Source: Candidatus Symbiothrix sp.
GTDB lineage: Bacteria > Bacteroidota > Bacteroidia > Bacteroidales > Azobacteroidaceae
DNA length: 63,784 nucleotides
Reading direction: 5' to 3'
NCBI GenBank assembly: GCA_031272095.1
Contig: JAISUM010000023.1
Span: forward strand, 1-63,784
How positions within the stretch are numbered: position 1 is the stretch's first letter; the number at the start of each line of letters is the position of its first letter. Under the pieces are notes generated by a model. That model made no database searches and was not told where the DNA came from. It saw only the letters and a list, made by a program, of their open reading frames with translations. Made by a program: the position numbers and the translations under genes. Shown here one piece after another: positions 48,139 to 57,423 of this stretch.

Positions 48139-51100
48139 TTAAAAACCAACTGTGATACCTAACTGTATTTCAAACGGACGTGGTGTTGTCGAGTTGTCCG
48201 TACTCATCCCAAAACTGGTATAACCTCCCAAGCCCACTTCGGGGTCCAGCCCTTGATAAGTGGTGAGATAATAGAGATTGGTCAAGGTCATACTGAGGTT
48301 CAAGGTCTTCATAAAGTACTTTTTCAGTTTTTCCGACGGTATGGAATAGTTGAAAATAATATAGTTGAAGCGCAGGAATGAGGCGTCTTCTACGAAGCGG
48401 TCGCTCGGCAACGAGTTGTAGTTGTCGTTAGAATAGAGGGCGCGGGGCATTTGGTTGATGCCGTAGCCGCCATCGCCTTCGCGACGCCAACGGTAATTGA
48501 CGGCGATGCTCTGGTTGTTGCCCGAATACATATTTTCCGCATTACGACGGGCTTGGTTGATGACCATATTGCCGACGCGATAGTTGCTGAACAGTTTCAT
48601 CGACAGTTCTTTCCAACGGAAAGTTACGCTGAAACCGCCCTGTATCAAGGGGTTGGAGTTGCCGAGATAGACCATATCGTGCATGTCGATGTTGCCGTCG
48701 TGATTGACGTCTTCATACATTGCGTCGCCGCCTTTGAATTTGTAGTTGACGCCGTCGGCATTATAGACCATCTGCAAGGGCTGTCCGTTTGCCTGATAGA
48801 TGATCCCGCCGTTTGCATCGCGGGCGACCGGCATCGTCAGCGTTCCGTTGTCCACGCCTTCTTTCACCGCCGGATCTTTGTAGCTTTCAATATTATATTG
48901 ATAAGTTCCCAAATAGCGATAGCCGTAGATCGATCCGAAAGCTTTGCCGAGTTCGACACGTCCCATATATTTGGCGGCGCGTCCGTATTGGACGCCTTCG
49001 TTCAGGTTGTCGAGGATGTTTTGCGGCATATATTGTACGGTATTGACGTTGTTGGCAAAGTTGGCGGTAAAGTCCATACTGAAATTACCTATTTTAAGAA
49101 AACGTCTGCCCTGCACGGTAAGTTCCCAACCGTCGTTGTCCATCACCCCGCAATTGCTGTATGACAAAGAGGCAAAACCGGTACTGGTCGGAATGATTGC
49201 ATTAGCCATCAAAGCGTCGCTGATTCTGTCGTGGTAGAGGTTGACGTCGGCGGTATAGGTATTGTCTAAAAATGCCAAGTCGAAACCAAGGTTCAGACCG
49301 GTCTTTTTCTCCCATTTCAAATTCGACAAACGCAAATTCGAGGGATTGATTGCGGCGTTACCGGCATAAGTGCCGTTGGGCGCATACTGACTGTAATGCA
49401 AGTAATTGGACCCGGGTTGCGTACCGCTGATCCCCCAGCTGGGACGGACAGAAAGCATATCCAACCAATTGTTGCTGAAATCCATAAAAGGCTCGTCGGA
49501 GATGTTCCATCGCAGTGAGATACCGGGGAAATAACCGAACTTGTTGCCCGGACCGAATTTGGTCGATCCTTCGCGCGTCAGCGTAACATCGGCGATGTAT
49601 TTGCCTTTGTAGGCATAATGCACCTGACCTATCATGGTCATACTGCGTCCTTGCGAAAGAGTGTTACTGACGCTTGATAAATAACCGCCGGCAGAGGCGT
49701 CAAAATGATCGGGCAAAGCATAAGCGGAAATGGACTCGGAGGTGCTCGAAGAAATATCTAATTTAAAACCGCCGTACATCATCAGGCTGTGGTCTTCGTT
49801 CGACAATTTCGGTTTCCATTGCAAGTTGGAGTCCAAATAAATCGAGGTGCTTTCCGAAGATGAGTCGTCGGCTCGGTTGACATACTCACCGGTTATATCG
49901 GTATTGGCAAACAAAGATTTCGGCAAAAATTTGTGAACATTGTCGCCATTCATATTGAAAGAGATGGTGGTTTTGAAACGCAGGAGTTGTTCTTCCGGAT
50001 CTAAAAGGTCGTATCTCAATTTCAGAATCGGGTTGATTTTATGCGATTTCAAAGTGTTGGTTGCCAACATCGCTTGCGCCACCGGATTGCGCAGATATTT
50101 TTGTGCGCTGGGAAACAATGAGTTGCCGATAGTAACAGGCTGGATGGCATAATAATCGCCGTTTTCGTCGTAGATAGCCAAACTCGGCATTTTCTTGTAG
50201 GCTATAGCTAATATGCCGTCGGAATTGTTAGAACCATCGGTACTACCGGAGTCGCTACTTGACCAGTTGCGTTTGTTATCGGCGTAGGTAAAACCAAATT
50301 CGGCGCCGAATTGGATACGTTGAGAAATATCGTAGTCCATGGTCATACGCGAAGTAAAACGCTGAAAATCCTGTCCGATAATGGTACCGGGTTCTCTGGA
50401 ATAACCTCCCGATATACGGAATGAGGCTTTTTCACCCCCACCGGAAATCGACAAATAGTGGTCTTGCGTCAGTGAAGGTTGGATCACTGCCGACCGCCAG
50501 TCGCTATTGGCAGCAAAATAGGGCGCTTCCGAAAATTCCAAGACGGATTTCGATTGAAATTCCTGCGGGATATTGGCTGTATTCAGCCCTACGTTGTAGA
50601 TAGCTTCCTGCATCATATTCAGGTAATCGCCGCCGTTCAACATTTTGAGACCGGGCTGTTGAAATTTTCCTACCATTTGCAGTTTATATTGTACGCGGGT
50701 TTGTCCGTTGTTCCCTCTTTTCAAGGTGATCATCAAAACCCCACTGGCGCCTTTTGATCCCCAAATAGCAGTAGATGCGGCGTCTTTCAATACTTGTACT
50801 TCCAAAATATCATCGGGGTGAACGCTCAACAAGTCTGCCAACTGCTGATCATTCATCGTGGCGAAGTCAAAATTATCGGTTTCGATATCGTTGCGAGGAA
50901 CACCGTTGATGACAATCAATGGTTCGGAATTGGCGCTGATAGACGAAGTTCCGCGCAGACGCATACTTGAACCTTGTCCGACATTACCGCCCCCGACAAT
51001 ATCGAGACCGGCAATCTGTCCGCGCAAAGCGTCGTCGATAGACGTTACCTGTAAGCCTTCAAACTCTTTGGTGTTGATTTTTTGCATCGCAAACGAAATT

Positions 51101-51498
51101 TCGTTCACCGGAATATCCATTGTTCCGCCGGATGAGGTGCGTTTCGCCGTAACCGTAACTTCCTTCAAGGTATTACTTTCGCGCAACACGATATTAAACA
51201 CTTTTTGGCTGCCTATATTCAGGGTTTGTGCAGAAAATCCGACGTATGACACTTTCAAACGGTTTTGGCGATTTTTGATTTTCATCGAAAATTCTCCATT
51301 CATATCCGTTTGTGCATTGGATACCACACGGTCGGTTTTGTCAATTTCCAAGATAGGCACAAATATCAATTCTTCGCCTGTTTCGGAAACCACTTTACCG
51401 CGAATCATTTCTCCGGCATTGTCCTGGGCTGTTACAAGCGCGGGGCAAGCCCAAGCCATTCCCAACAGAACAAGATAAACTAATCGTTTTTTCATCAT
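48139..51498 (-). CDS. SusC/RagA TonB-dependent transporter
   Basis: LRGTSS, PLIVING, DILEVQVLKDAASTAIWGSKGASGV, LKWEK and FVEDASFLR, with a terminal Phe. Confidence 0.95.
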   Translation of the reverse strand: MMKKRLVYLVLLGMAWACPALVTAQDNAGEMIRGKVVSETGEELIFVPILEIDKTDRVVSNAQTDMNGEFSMKIKNRQNRLKVSYVGFSAQTLNIGSQKVFNIVLRESNTLKEVTVTAKRTSSGGTMDIPVNEISFAMQKINTKEFEGLQVTSIDDALRGQIAGLDIVGGGNVGQGSSMRLRGTSSISANSEPLIVINGVPRNDIETDNFDFATMNDQQLADLLSVHPDDILEVQVLKDAASTAIWGSKGASGVLMITLKRGNNGQTRVQYKLQMVGKFQQPGLKMLNGGDYLNMMQEAIYNVGLNTANIPQEFQSKSVLEFSEAPYFAANSDWRSAVIQPSLTQDHYLSISGGGEKASFRISGGYSREPGTIIGQDFQRFTSRMTMDYDISQRIQFGAEFGFTYADNKRNWSSSDSGSTDGSNNSDGILAIAYKKMPSLAIYDENGDYYAIQPVTIGNSLFPSAQKYLRNPVAQAMLATNTLKSHKINPILKLRYDLLDPEEQLLRFKTTISFNMNGDNVHKFLPKSLFANTDITGEYVNRADDSSSESTSIYLDSNLQWKPKLSNEDHSLMMYGGFKLDISSSTSESISAYALPDHFDASAGGYLSSVSNTLSQGRSMTMIGQVHYAYKGKYIADVTLTREGSTKFGPGNKFGYFPGISLRWNISDEPFMDFSNNWLDMLSVRPSWGISGTQPGSNYLHYSQYAPNGTYAGNAAINPSNLRLSNLKWEKKTGLNLGFDLAFLDNTYTADVNLYHDRISDALMANAIIPTSTGFASLSYSNCGVMDNDGWELTVQGRRFLKIGNFSMDFTANFANNVNTVQYMPQNILDNLNEGVQYGRAAKYMGRVELGKAFGSIYGYRYLGTYQYNIESYKDPAVKEGVDNGTLTMPVARDANGGIIYQANGQPLQMVYNADGVNYKFKGGDAMYEDVNHDGNIDMHDMVYLGNSNPLIQGGFSVTFRWKELSMKLFSNYRVGNMVINQARRNAENMYSGNNQSIAVNYRWRREGDGGYGINQMPRALYSNDNYNSLPSDRFVEDASFLRFNYIIFNYSIPSEKLKKYFMKTLNLSMTLTNLYYLTTYQGLDPEVGLGGYTSFGMSTDNSTTPRPFEIQLGITVGF

Positions 51499-51520
51499 TT
51501 TTTTCTGATATTATGAGAGA

Positions 51521-54148
51521 TTATTTTTTGTATCTTAAACAGTGATTGATCGTATGCACTACCGCAAACGAAGATGCGGAAATATGTGCGTTGGTCGTAT
51601 TGTCGTTGGTGGTACCCGATCGCAAAAGGTAATCGCGCACGACCAAATTGTATTTATCGGGCGACGAGGTATCTACATTGACCGTTTCGCCGGTATCAAT
51701 CGCTTTGATAGCCATGCCTGTGCCGTCGCTGGTCAGTTGCAGCTGACGGTAGCGGGGACGCGGTTTGGTCGGGTCGGAGGTCGATAACCATTCCACGCTG
51801 CCGGTGTCATAAGTTGCCGGCGACGACCACACCTCGTCGATGAAGACGGTGTTGGTCTGGAAATGGAAAGTCAGAAAATCGTATAAGACTTGCGTTGCGG
51901 CTGCAGCGGCATTGATTTCGTCGTTTTCGTATAAGTCTTCGATGTCTTCCCACGATTTGATCCATCCTTTGCTGATGGCTTCCTGAATGGCGTCGTTGTC
52001 GGGGGCATAGACCGTATAATTATAGGCTTTGAACAGCGTGGCATTGAAGTCGATGCCCAAACCGTTGTTACCGAAAATATAGCCGCCACATTCTTTGCCG
52101 TATTCGTCGTTCATTGTTCTGATATTGCTGCACAAATCGAAGAACATCGAAAATTCAGGTCTGGATGCGAGCAGCGAATAGAGCGACTGCATCGGTTGTT
52201 GCACAACGTGGTCAACCAAATAAGTGGTGCCGTTTTCCATCGCATAGCTCTTGATGACTTGTCCGTCGGGCATTGCCGATGCGGGTTGGATGACGTCGGT
52301 GATACGGGCTACGTCGCCGCAAGCGCGAAGTTTCATGTTCAAGCCTTCGCCATCTACATAGACGAATCCGCCGCCTTTGGTTTTATAATAATGTTTGCCC
52401 GGAACAATGTCTTCGAGTATGATGCAATTATCCATCAAATCCTGCAAGAAATAGCCTGCGATCGCCGGAGCGGTCTGTGAATAAGGCGTTTCCGACCAAG
52501 CTTGCGTATAAGGCGCGGCTAACACACTGTCGCCTGTTTCAAAATCGTATCGGGATACGCGGAGTGTTTTGTTATTGTCCTGACGGAACATCAGACGTTC
52601 AGGCTTCCCTCTCGACACCGAAATAGGGTCGATATAAGCGCTGGCAGCGTCGATCAGTGCGTCGTCGGTCGGCACAAAGAAACTGAATCGGTTGCCTTCT
52701 TCCATCGACATCAGGTAGAGGTTGAAACGCAATTGACTGATGCCCCAGTTAAAGATTGTCGTTTTGGCGCCGGTCAGCACAGGAGCTACCACCGTCGCAT
52801 ATTCGGTAGGCGAATAGACTTTATTGGTAACATAGACCAAGCCGTTGCTTCCGACAAACGATTCTACGATGTCTTCGGTTTTAGCGCCCATTTTCACGCC
52901 CATATTGTCTTCTATTTTGCCAAATTTACTGGGAACAGACGCCAAATAGGAGGGTTTCATGTGGTGATTGAGCAGCGTTGCCATCACCTGATCGGGGACG
53001 CTGTCCCAAGCCAGATAGCGTTCTTTCAGGAAGGAGCCTGCACCCGAATCGAAATATGCACGCAAAGCGTCGTCGGTCGGCACAAAAATTGCCGCCATAT
53101 CGGATTTCAACAAAGCGGTGCCGCCGTAATTGTTTTCCGCCGGACTGAATTTCAAAGCCGACGGCATCACCGCAGGCAAATAGCGGCTGTAGCTGGCGCT
53201 GATGTCGTTGTCGGTGTTGTAAAACCATTTAAACCATATCGTATCGGTAAATTCGGGATGCAAATTTTTGTACTGACTTGTCAAACTCATGTCGGGCAAG
53301 GGCATCGAATAGCGTTCCAAGAACTTGTTAAACATGGTCGTTTTCGGATTTTTGCGAATAAATTCCGCCATATTGTCGCGGGGCAACAAGACTTCTTCCA
53401 AGCCATGCACATAACCATTGACGCAAACGATATCCGGATCGGAGATCTTCACGTCGAACAGGAATGCGTCTTTTTTCGGCTTGCTCCAGTCCCACTCTTT
53501 ATTGGTCATCCAGTAAAAGTCGTCGGTAGTGATGTTGTTTGCTACCGCCTGCGCATAAAGAAAATGCACCAAAGTGTATTTGGTGTTGTCGCTTAAAACA
53601 TGGATGCCTTTTTCTTTGAACCGATCCCACATGGAGCTTTGGGGCAGTTGGTCGCCCTGTTCAAACGGAATCGAATATAGAACCGGCAAGTTAGATACGC
53701 GCCGCATCACTACGCCCTGCTGTCGGGTTTCGGGAGCCTGCGTCAGCATTTCGACAGTGTTGGCATTTTCGATCATGCCGGCTAACAAAATCGCCTGACA
53801 CTGCGCCGTCGTAAAATCTTCAAAACGAGCAATGCCATACTCGTTGCTCTGATAAAAATTCTTGAAAGCTGCGTCCGTCGGCACAAACAGCGTCTTGCTG
53901 CTCGTCCGCAAAATGTCGGAATACTTTGTCTGCTCGACAGAATCTTCATCTACTTTGGCAATAACTTTAATAAATTCATTGAACTTTCCGCTGTTTTTCA
54001 GATAATCGTAAATGTTTGTGTACCCCCCCGAATAATTCGGCTCTTTATCATTCATCGGATAAGGGTCTTCACATGCGAAGAAAAAACAACCTGCAAAGGC
54101 AAGCAGGCATAACAGCCCAAAACGCCTCATTGTCATGTAGTGTTTCAT
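51521..54148 (-). CDS. Multi-fasciclin surface lipoprotein (candidate surface glycan-binding protein)
   Basis: Lipobox FFAC. Repeated FAS1 motifs TLFVPTDAAF, CVNGYVH, AIFVPTDDAL, SNGLVY, SFFVPTDDAL and YTVYAPDNDAI. Confidence 0.88.
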   Translation of the reverse strand: MKHYMTMRRFGLLCLLAFAGCFFFACEDPYPMNDKEPNYSGGYTNIYDYLKNSGKFNEFIKVIAKVDEDSVEQTKYSDILRTSSKTLFVPTDAAFKNFYQSNEYGIARFEDFTTAQCQAILLAGMIENANTVEMLTQAPETRQQGVVMRRVSNLPVLYSIPFEQGDQLPQSSMWDRFKEKGIHVLSDNTKYTLVHFLYAQAVANNITTDDFYWMTNKEWDWSKPKKDAFLFDVKISDPDIVCVNGYVHGLEEVLLPRDNMAEFIRKNPKTTMFNKFLERYSMPLPDMSLTSQYKNLHPEFTDTIWFKWFYNTDNDISASYSRYLPAVMPSALKFSPAENNYGGTALLKSDMAAIFVPTDDALRAYFDSGAGSFLKERYLAWDSVPDQVMATLLNHHMKPSYLASVPSKFGKIEDNMGVKMGAKTEDIVESFVGSNGLVYVTNKVYSPTEYATVVAPVLTGAKTTIFNWGISQLRFNLYLMSMEEGNRFSFFVPTDDALIDAASAYIDPISVSRGKPERLMFRQDNNKTLRVSRYDFETGDSVLAAPYTQAWSETPYSQTAPAIAGYFLQDLMDNCIILEDIVPGKHYYKTKGGGFVYVDGEGLNMKLRACGDVARITDVIQPASAMPDGQVIKSYAMENGTTYLVDHVVQQPMQSLYSLLASRPEFSMFFDLCSNIRTMNDEYGKECGGYIFGNNGLGIDFNATLFKAYNYTVYAPDNDAIQEAISKGWIKSWEDIEDLYENDEINAAAAATQVLYDFLTFHFQTNTVFIDEVWSSPATYDTGSVEWLSTSDPTKPRPRYRQLQLTSDGTGMAIKAIDTGETVNVDTSSPDKYNLVVRDYLLRSGTTNDNTTNAHISASSFAVVHTINHCLRYKK

Positions 54149-54221
54149 TTTTTAATTCTACTAATTTAGTTTTTTATTGTATTATCTATATATATTTTCT
54201 CATTTATCACAATAAACTGCG

Positions 54222-54229
54222 CAAAGATA
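54222..54229 (-). promoter_or_regulatory. Bacteroidota -7 promoter box for the SusC/D locus
   Basis: TATCTTTG on the minus strand, ~75 bp upstream of ATG 54148. Confidence 0.6.
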
Positions 54230-54273
54230 ACAATTTATTTCTATAACATCCAAAAAAATTTCAGATTTTAACT

Positions 54274-54377
54274 AAAAAAAATGCCTCGCCAACCCCTTTT
54301 TGTGTTCGAGTCATTTCTCGCGGAGGGAAATCAGACACAATATTAGATTCATAAGGGCAACTCTTTGTAGGTAAATC
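54274..54377 (-). ncRNA. Candidate ~100-nt small RNA (or 13-aa sORF transcript)
   Basis: Has its own TACCTTTG box at 54383-54390. Relatively GC-rich body within an AT-rich intergenic region, ending in GGGGTTGGCGAGGCA-T8. Confidence 0.45.
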
Positions 54378-54531
54378 GGCTGCAAAGGTACGAAGAAAAT
54401 TTGTAATCACAAAAAAACTTGACGTATTTTTTTTAGGCTTTTCTTGCGTTATCTGAATAATTTCATGTACTTTTGCAGCCAAATTCAATAAAATCATTGT
54501 TATTACTAATATTATTTAAGGTATAAATCTT

Positions 54532-56376
54532 ATGCACGACACAACAGTGAAACAATTGGAAAGTGTAGTGATTCGCTTTTCGGGCGATTCGGGCGACGGC
54601 ATGCAGTTGGTCGGAACGCTCTTTTCCAATCTCTCCGCCGAATTAGGCAACGAAATCATCACCTTTCCCGATTATCCCGCCGAAATACGCGCCCCTCGCG
54701 GCAGCTTGAGCGGCGTTTCGGGCTATCAAATGCAACTGGGCGCCCACGATATTTTTACGCCGGGCGACAAAGCCGACGTTTTGGTAGCGATGAACCCCGC
54801 CGCATTAAAAGTCAACGCACAATTTTTAAAACCGGATTCGGTGGTCATCATCGACGCCGACTCGTTTCTGCCGGAAGACTTGGAACGCGCACAGTTCAAA
54901 ACCGACCATCCGTTTGAAGAATTGGGGCTGAAATCGGTGCAAATCGTCGCCGCCTCCATCACCCAAATGTGCAAAAATGCGCTCGAAGGCGTCGCCGACA
55001 ACAAACAAGCACTGAAAAGCCGCAATATCTTTGCCTTGGGCTTGGTCTGCTGGCTGTTTAATCGCCCTTTGCAAATTGTGGAAAAACTGCTGTCGGAAAA
55101 ATTCAAAAAGAAACCCGCCGTATTAGAGGCAAACCTGTTGGTCTTGCAAGCCGGATTCAATTTCGGACACAATACACACACGACTGTTTCGACTTACCGC
55201 ATCGAGACCACTACCCACCAACCGGGGTTTTATACCGACGTCAATGGCAACAAAGCCACTGCCTACGGTTTGATCGCCGCCGCCGAACAAGCAGGCTTGC
55301 CGCTCTTTCTCGGCTCCTATCCGATCACACCGGCGACAGACGTGATGCAGGAACTCACACTACGCAAAGAATTGGGCGTGAAAGTGATGCAGACCGAAGA
55401 CGAAATCGCAGGCATCTGTACCGCTATCGGCGCCGCTTTTGCAGGCAATCTGGCGGCAACCAGCACTTCGGGACCGGGTTTGGCGCTGAAAAGCGAAGCC
55501 ATCGGGCTGGCAGTCATCGCCGAAATTCCTTTGGTCGTGATCGACGTGCAGCGTTCGGGTCCTTCAACCGGTATGCCCACCAAAAGCGAACAAACCGACT
55601 TGTTGCAGGCATTGTACGGACGCAACGGAGAAAGCCCCGCCGTCGTGATGTCGGCATTCTCTCCGACCGACTGCTTCGACGCCGCTTATTGGGCATCAAA
55701 AATCGCATTGGAACACATGACGCCGGTCATCTTGCTGACCGACGGCTATATTGCTAACGGCTCGTCGGCATGGCGCATCCCCGATATGAAAGATTATCCC
55801 GCTATCACGCCACCGCTCGTCCGTCCCGAAATGCGAGAAGGATGGACACCTTACCTGCGCAATCCCGAAAATCTCGTGCGCTACTGGGCAATCCCCGGCA
55901 CGCAAGATTTCATGCACCGCATCGGCGGCTTGGAAAAAGATTACAAGACCGGTGCCATCAGCACCGACCCCGATAACCACCTGAAAATGGTCGGCATCCG
56001 TCAGGAAAAAATCAACCGCATTGCCGATAACCTGCCCTTACAGGAAGTCGGCGGCGACACCGACGCAGAAGTGCTGGTAGTCGGCTGGGGCGGTACCTAC
56101 GGACATCTCTCCGAAGCCGTCAGCAAAGTGCGCAAAGCAGGCAAAAAAGTGGCATTCACACATTTCCGTTTCATACAGCCGCTGCCGAAAAATACGGACG
56201 AAATCCTGCGCCAATATAAAAAGGTATTGGTCGTAGAACAAAACACCGGACAATTTGCCGCTTACCTGCGCTCAAAAATCGACCGGTTCAATCCGTATCA
56301 ATTCAATCGTGTAAAAGGACAACCCTTCGTGGTCGCCCGCTTGGTAGAAGAAATCGAAAAATTAGTCAATCAGTAA
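54532..56376 (+). CDS. korA: 2-oxoacid:ferredoxin oxidoreductase alpha subunit
   Basis: GDSGDGMQ, YPAEIRAP, SYPITPA, EDEIA, TSGPG and QRSGPSTGMPT. Confidence 0.93.
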   Translation: MHDTTVKQLESVVIRFSGDSGDGMQLVGTLFSNLSAELGNEIITFPDYPAEIRAPRGSLSGVSGYQMQLGAHDIFTPGDKADVLVAMNPAALKVNAQFLKPDSVVIIDADSFLPEDLERAQFKTDHPFEELGLKSVQIVAASITQMCKNALEGVADNKQALKSRNIFALGLVCWLFNRPLQIVEKLLSEKFKKKPAVLEANLLVLQAGFNFGHNTHTTVSTYRIETTTHQPGFYTDVNGNKATAYGLIAAAEQAGLPLFLGSYPITPATDVMQELTLRKELGVKVMQTEDEIAGICTAIGAAFAGNLAATSTSGPGLALKSEAIGLAVIAEIPLVVIDVQRSGPSTGMPTKSEQTDLLQALYGRNGESPAVVMSAFSPTDCFDAAYWASKIALEHMTPVILLTDGYIANGSSAWRIPDMKDYPAITPPLVRPEMREGWTPYLRNPENLVRYWAIPGTQDFMHRIGGLEKDYKTGAISTDPDNHLKMVGIRQEKINRIADNLPLQEVGGDTDAEVLVVGWGGTYGHLSEAVSKVRKAGKKVAFTHFRFIQPLPKNTDEILRQYKKVLVVEQNTGQFAAYLRSKIDRFNPYQFNRVKGQPFVVARLVEEIEKLVNQ

Positions 56377-56379
56377 ATT

Positions 56380-57390
56380 ATGGAACAGACATATCAACCC
56401 AAAGATTACAAAAGTGCGCAATCGGTGCGCTGGTGTCCGGGCTGCGGCGACCACGGCATCTTGAACAGCCTTCACAAAGCAATGGCGCTCTTGGGCATTC
56501 CGCCTCACCAAACAGCCGTCATTTCCGGAATCGGATGCTCGTCGCGATTACCTTATTATATGAATACTTACGGTTTTCATACCATTCACGGACGCGGCGC
56601 GGCAATCGCTACCGGCGTCAAAGTGGCAAATCCCGATCTAACCGTCTGGTTGGCAACCGGCGACGGCGACTGTTTAGCTATCGGCGGTAATCATTTTATC
56701 CATGCCGTGCGACGCAATGTCAATATTAATATTATATTGATGAACAACCGCATCTACGGGCTGACCAAAGGGCAATACTCCCCTACTTCGGCACGAGGCT
56801 TTGTCTCCAAATCATCGCCCTACGGAACGGTAGAAGATCCTTTCCGTCCGGCAGAACTGACTTTCGGTGCAAGAGGTCGCTTCTTCGCCCGCGTTATCGA
56901 CGTCGATGTAAAAACAGCGCCCGAAATACTGAAAGCCGCTGCCCTGCATCAGGGGACATCGGTCGTCGAAACCCTGCAAAACTGCGTGATTTTCAACGAC
57001 GGCATCCACGACAATGTGCTTGGACGGGAAGTTCGCGCCGAAAGAACCATCTACCTGCAACAGGGTAAAAAAATGATTTTCGGCAAAGACAACGACAAAG
57101 GCTTGGTACAAGACGGTTTCCAACTCAAAGCGGTAACCATCGGACAGGACGGCTATACACTCGACGATGTGCTGGTTCACGACGCCACCATCGAAGATCC
57201 GACTTTGCACCTCAAATTGGCGCTGATGGACGGCACCGATTTACCGGTCGCGCTGGGAATCATCCGTCAAGTCGAAGCGCCGACTTACGACGAAGAAGTG
57301 AAAAATCAAATTATATCCGTAAAAGAGAAAAAAACCGCCCGCACATTAAAAGAATTTTTGATGTCGGGCGATGTTTGGGAAGTCAAATAA
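56380..57390 (+). CDS. korB: 2-oxoacid:ferredoxin oxidoreductase beta subunit
   Basis: WCPGCGD, SGIGCSSR, and the TPP motif GDGD...NNRIYGLTKGQYSPT. Confidence 0.93.
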   Translation: MEQTYQPKDYKSAQSVRWCPGCGDHGILNSLHKAMALLGIPPHQTAVISGIGCSSRLPYYMNTYGFHTIHGRGAAIATGVKVANPDLTVWLATGDGDCLAIGGNHFIHAVRRNVNINIILMNNRIYGLTKGQYSPTSARGFVSKSSPYGTVEDPFRPAELTFGARGRFFARVIDVDVKTAPEILKAAALHQGTSVVETLQNCVIFNDGIHDNVLGREVRAERTIYLQQGKKMIFGKDNDKGLVQDGFQLKAVTIGQDGYTLDDVLVHDATIEDPTLHLKLALMDGTDLPVALGIIRQVEAPTYDEEVKNQIISVKEKKTARTLKEFLMSGDVWEVK

Positions 57391-57423
57391 TTCATCTATT
57401 TAAATTTACAAATTAAAAAAGTT

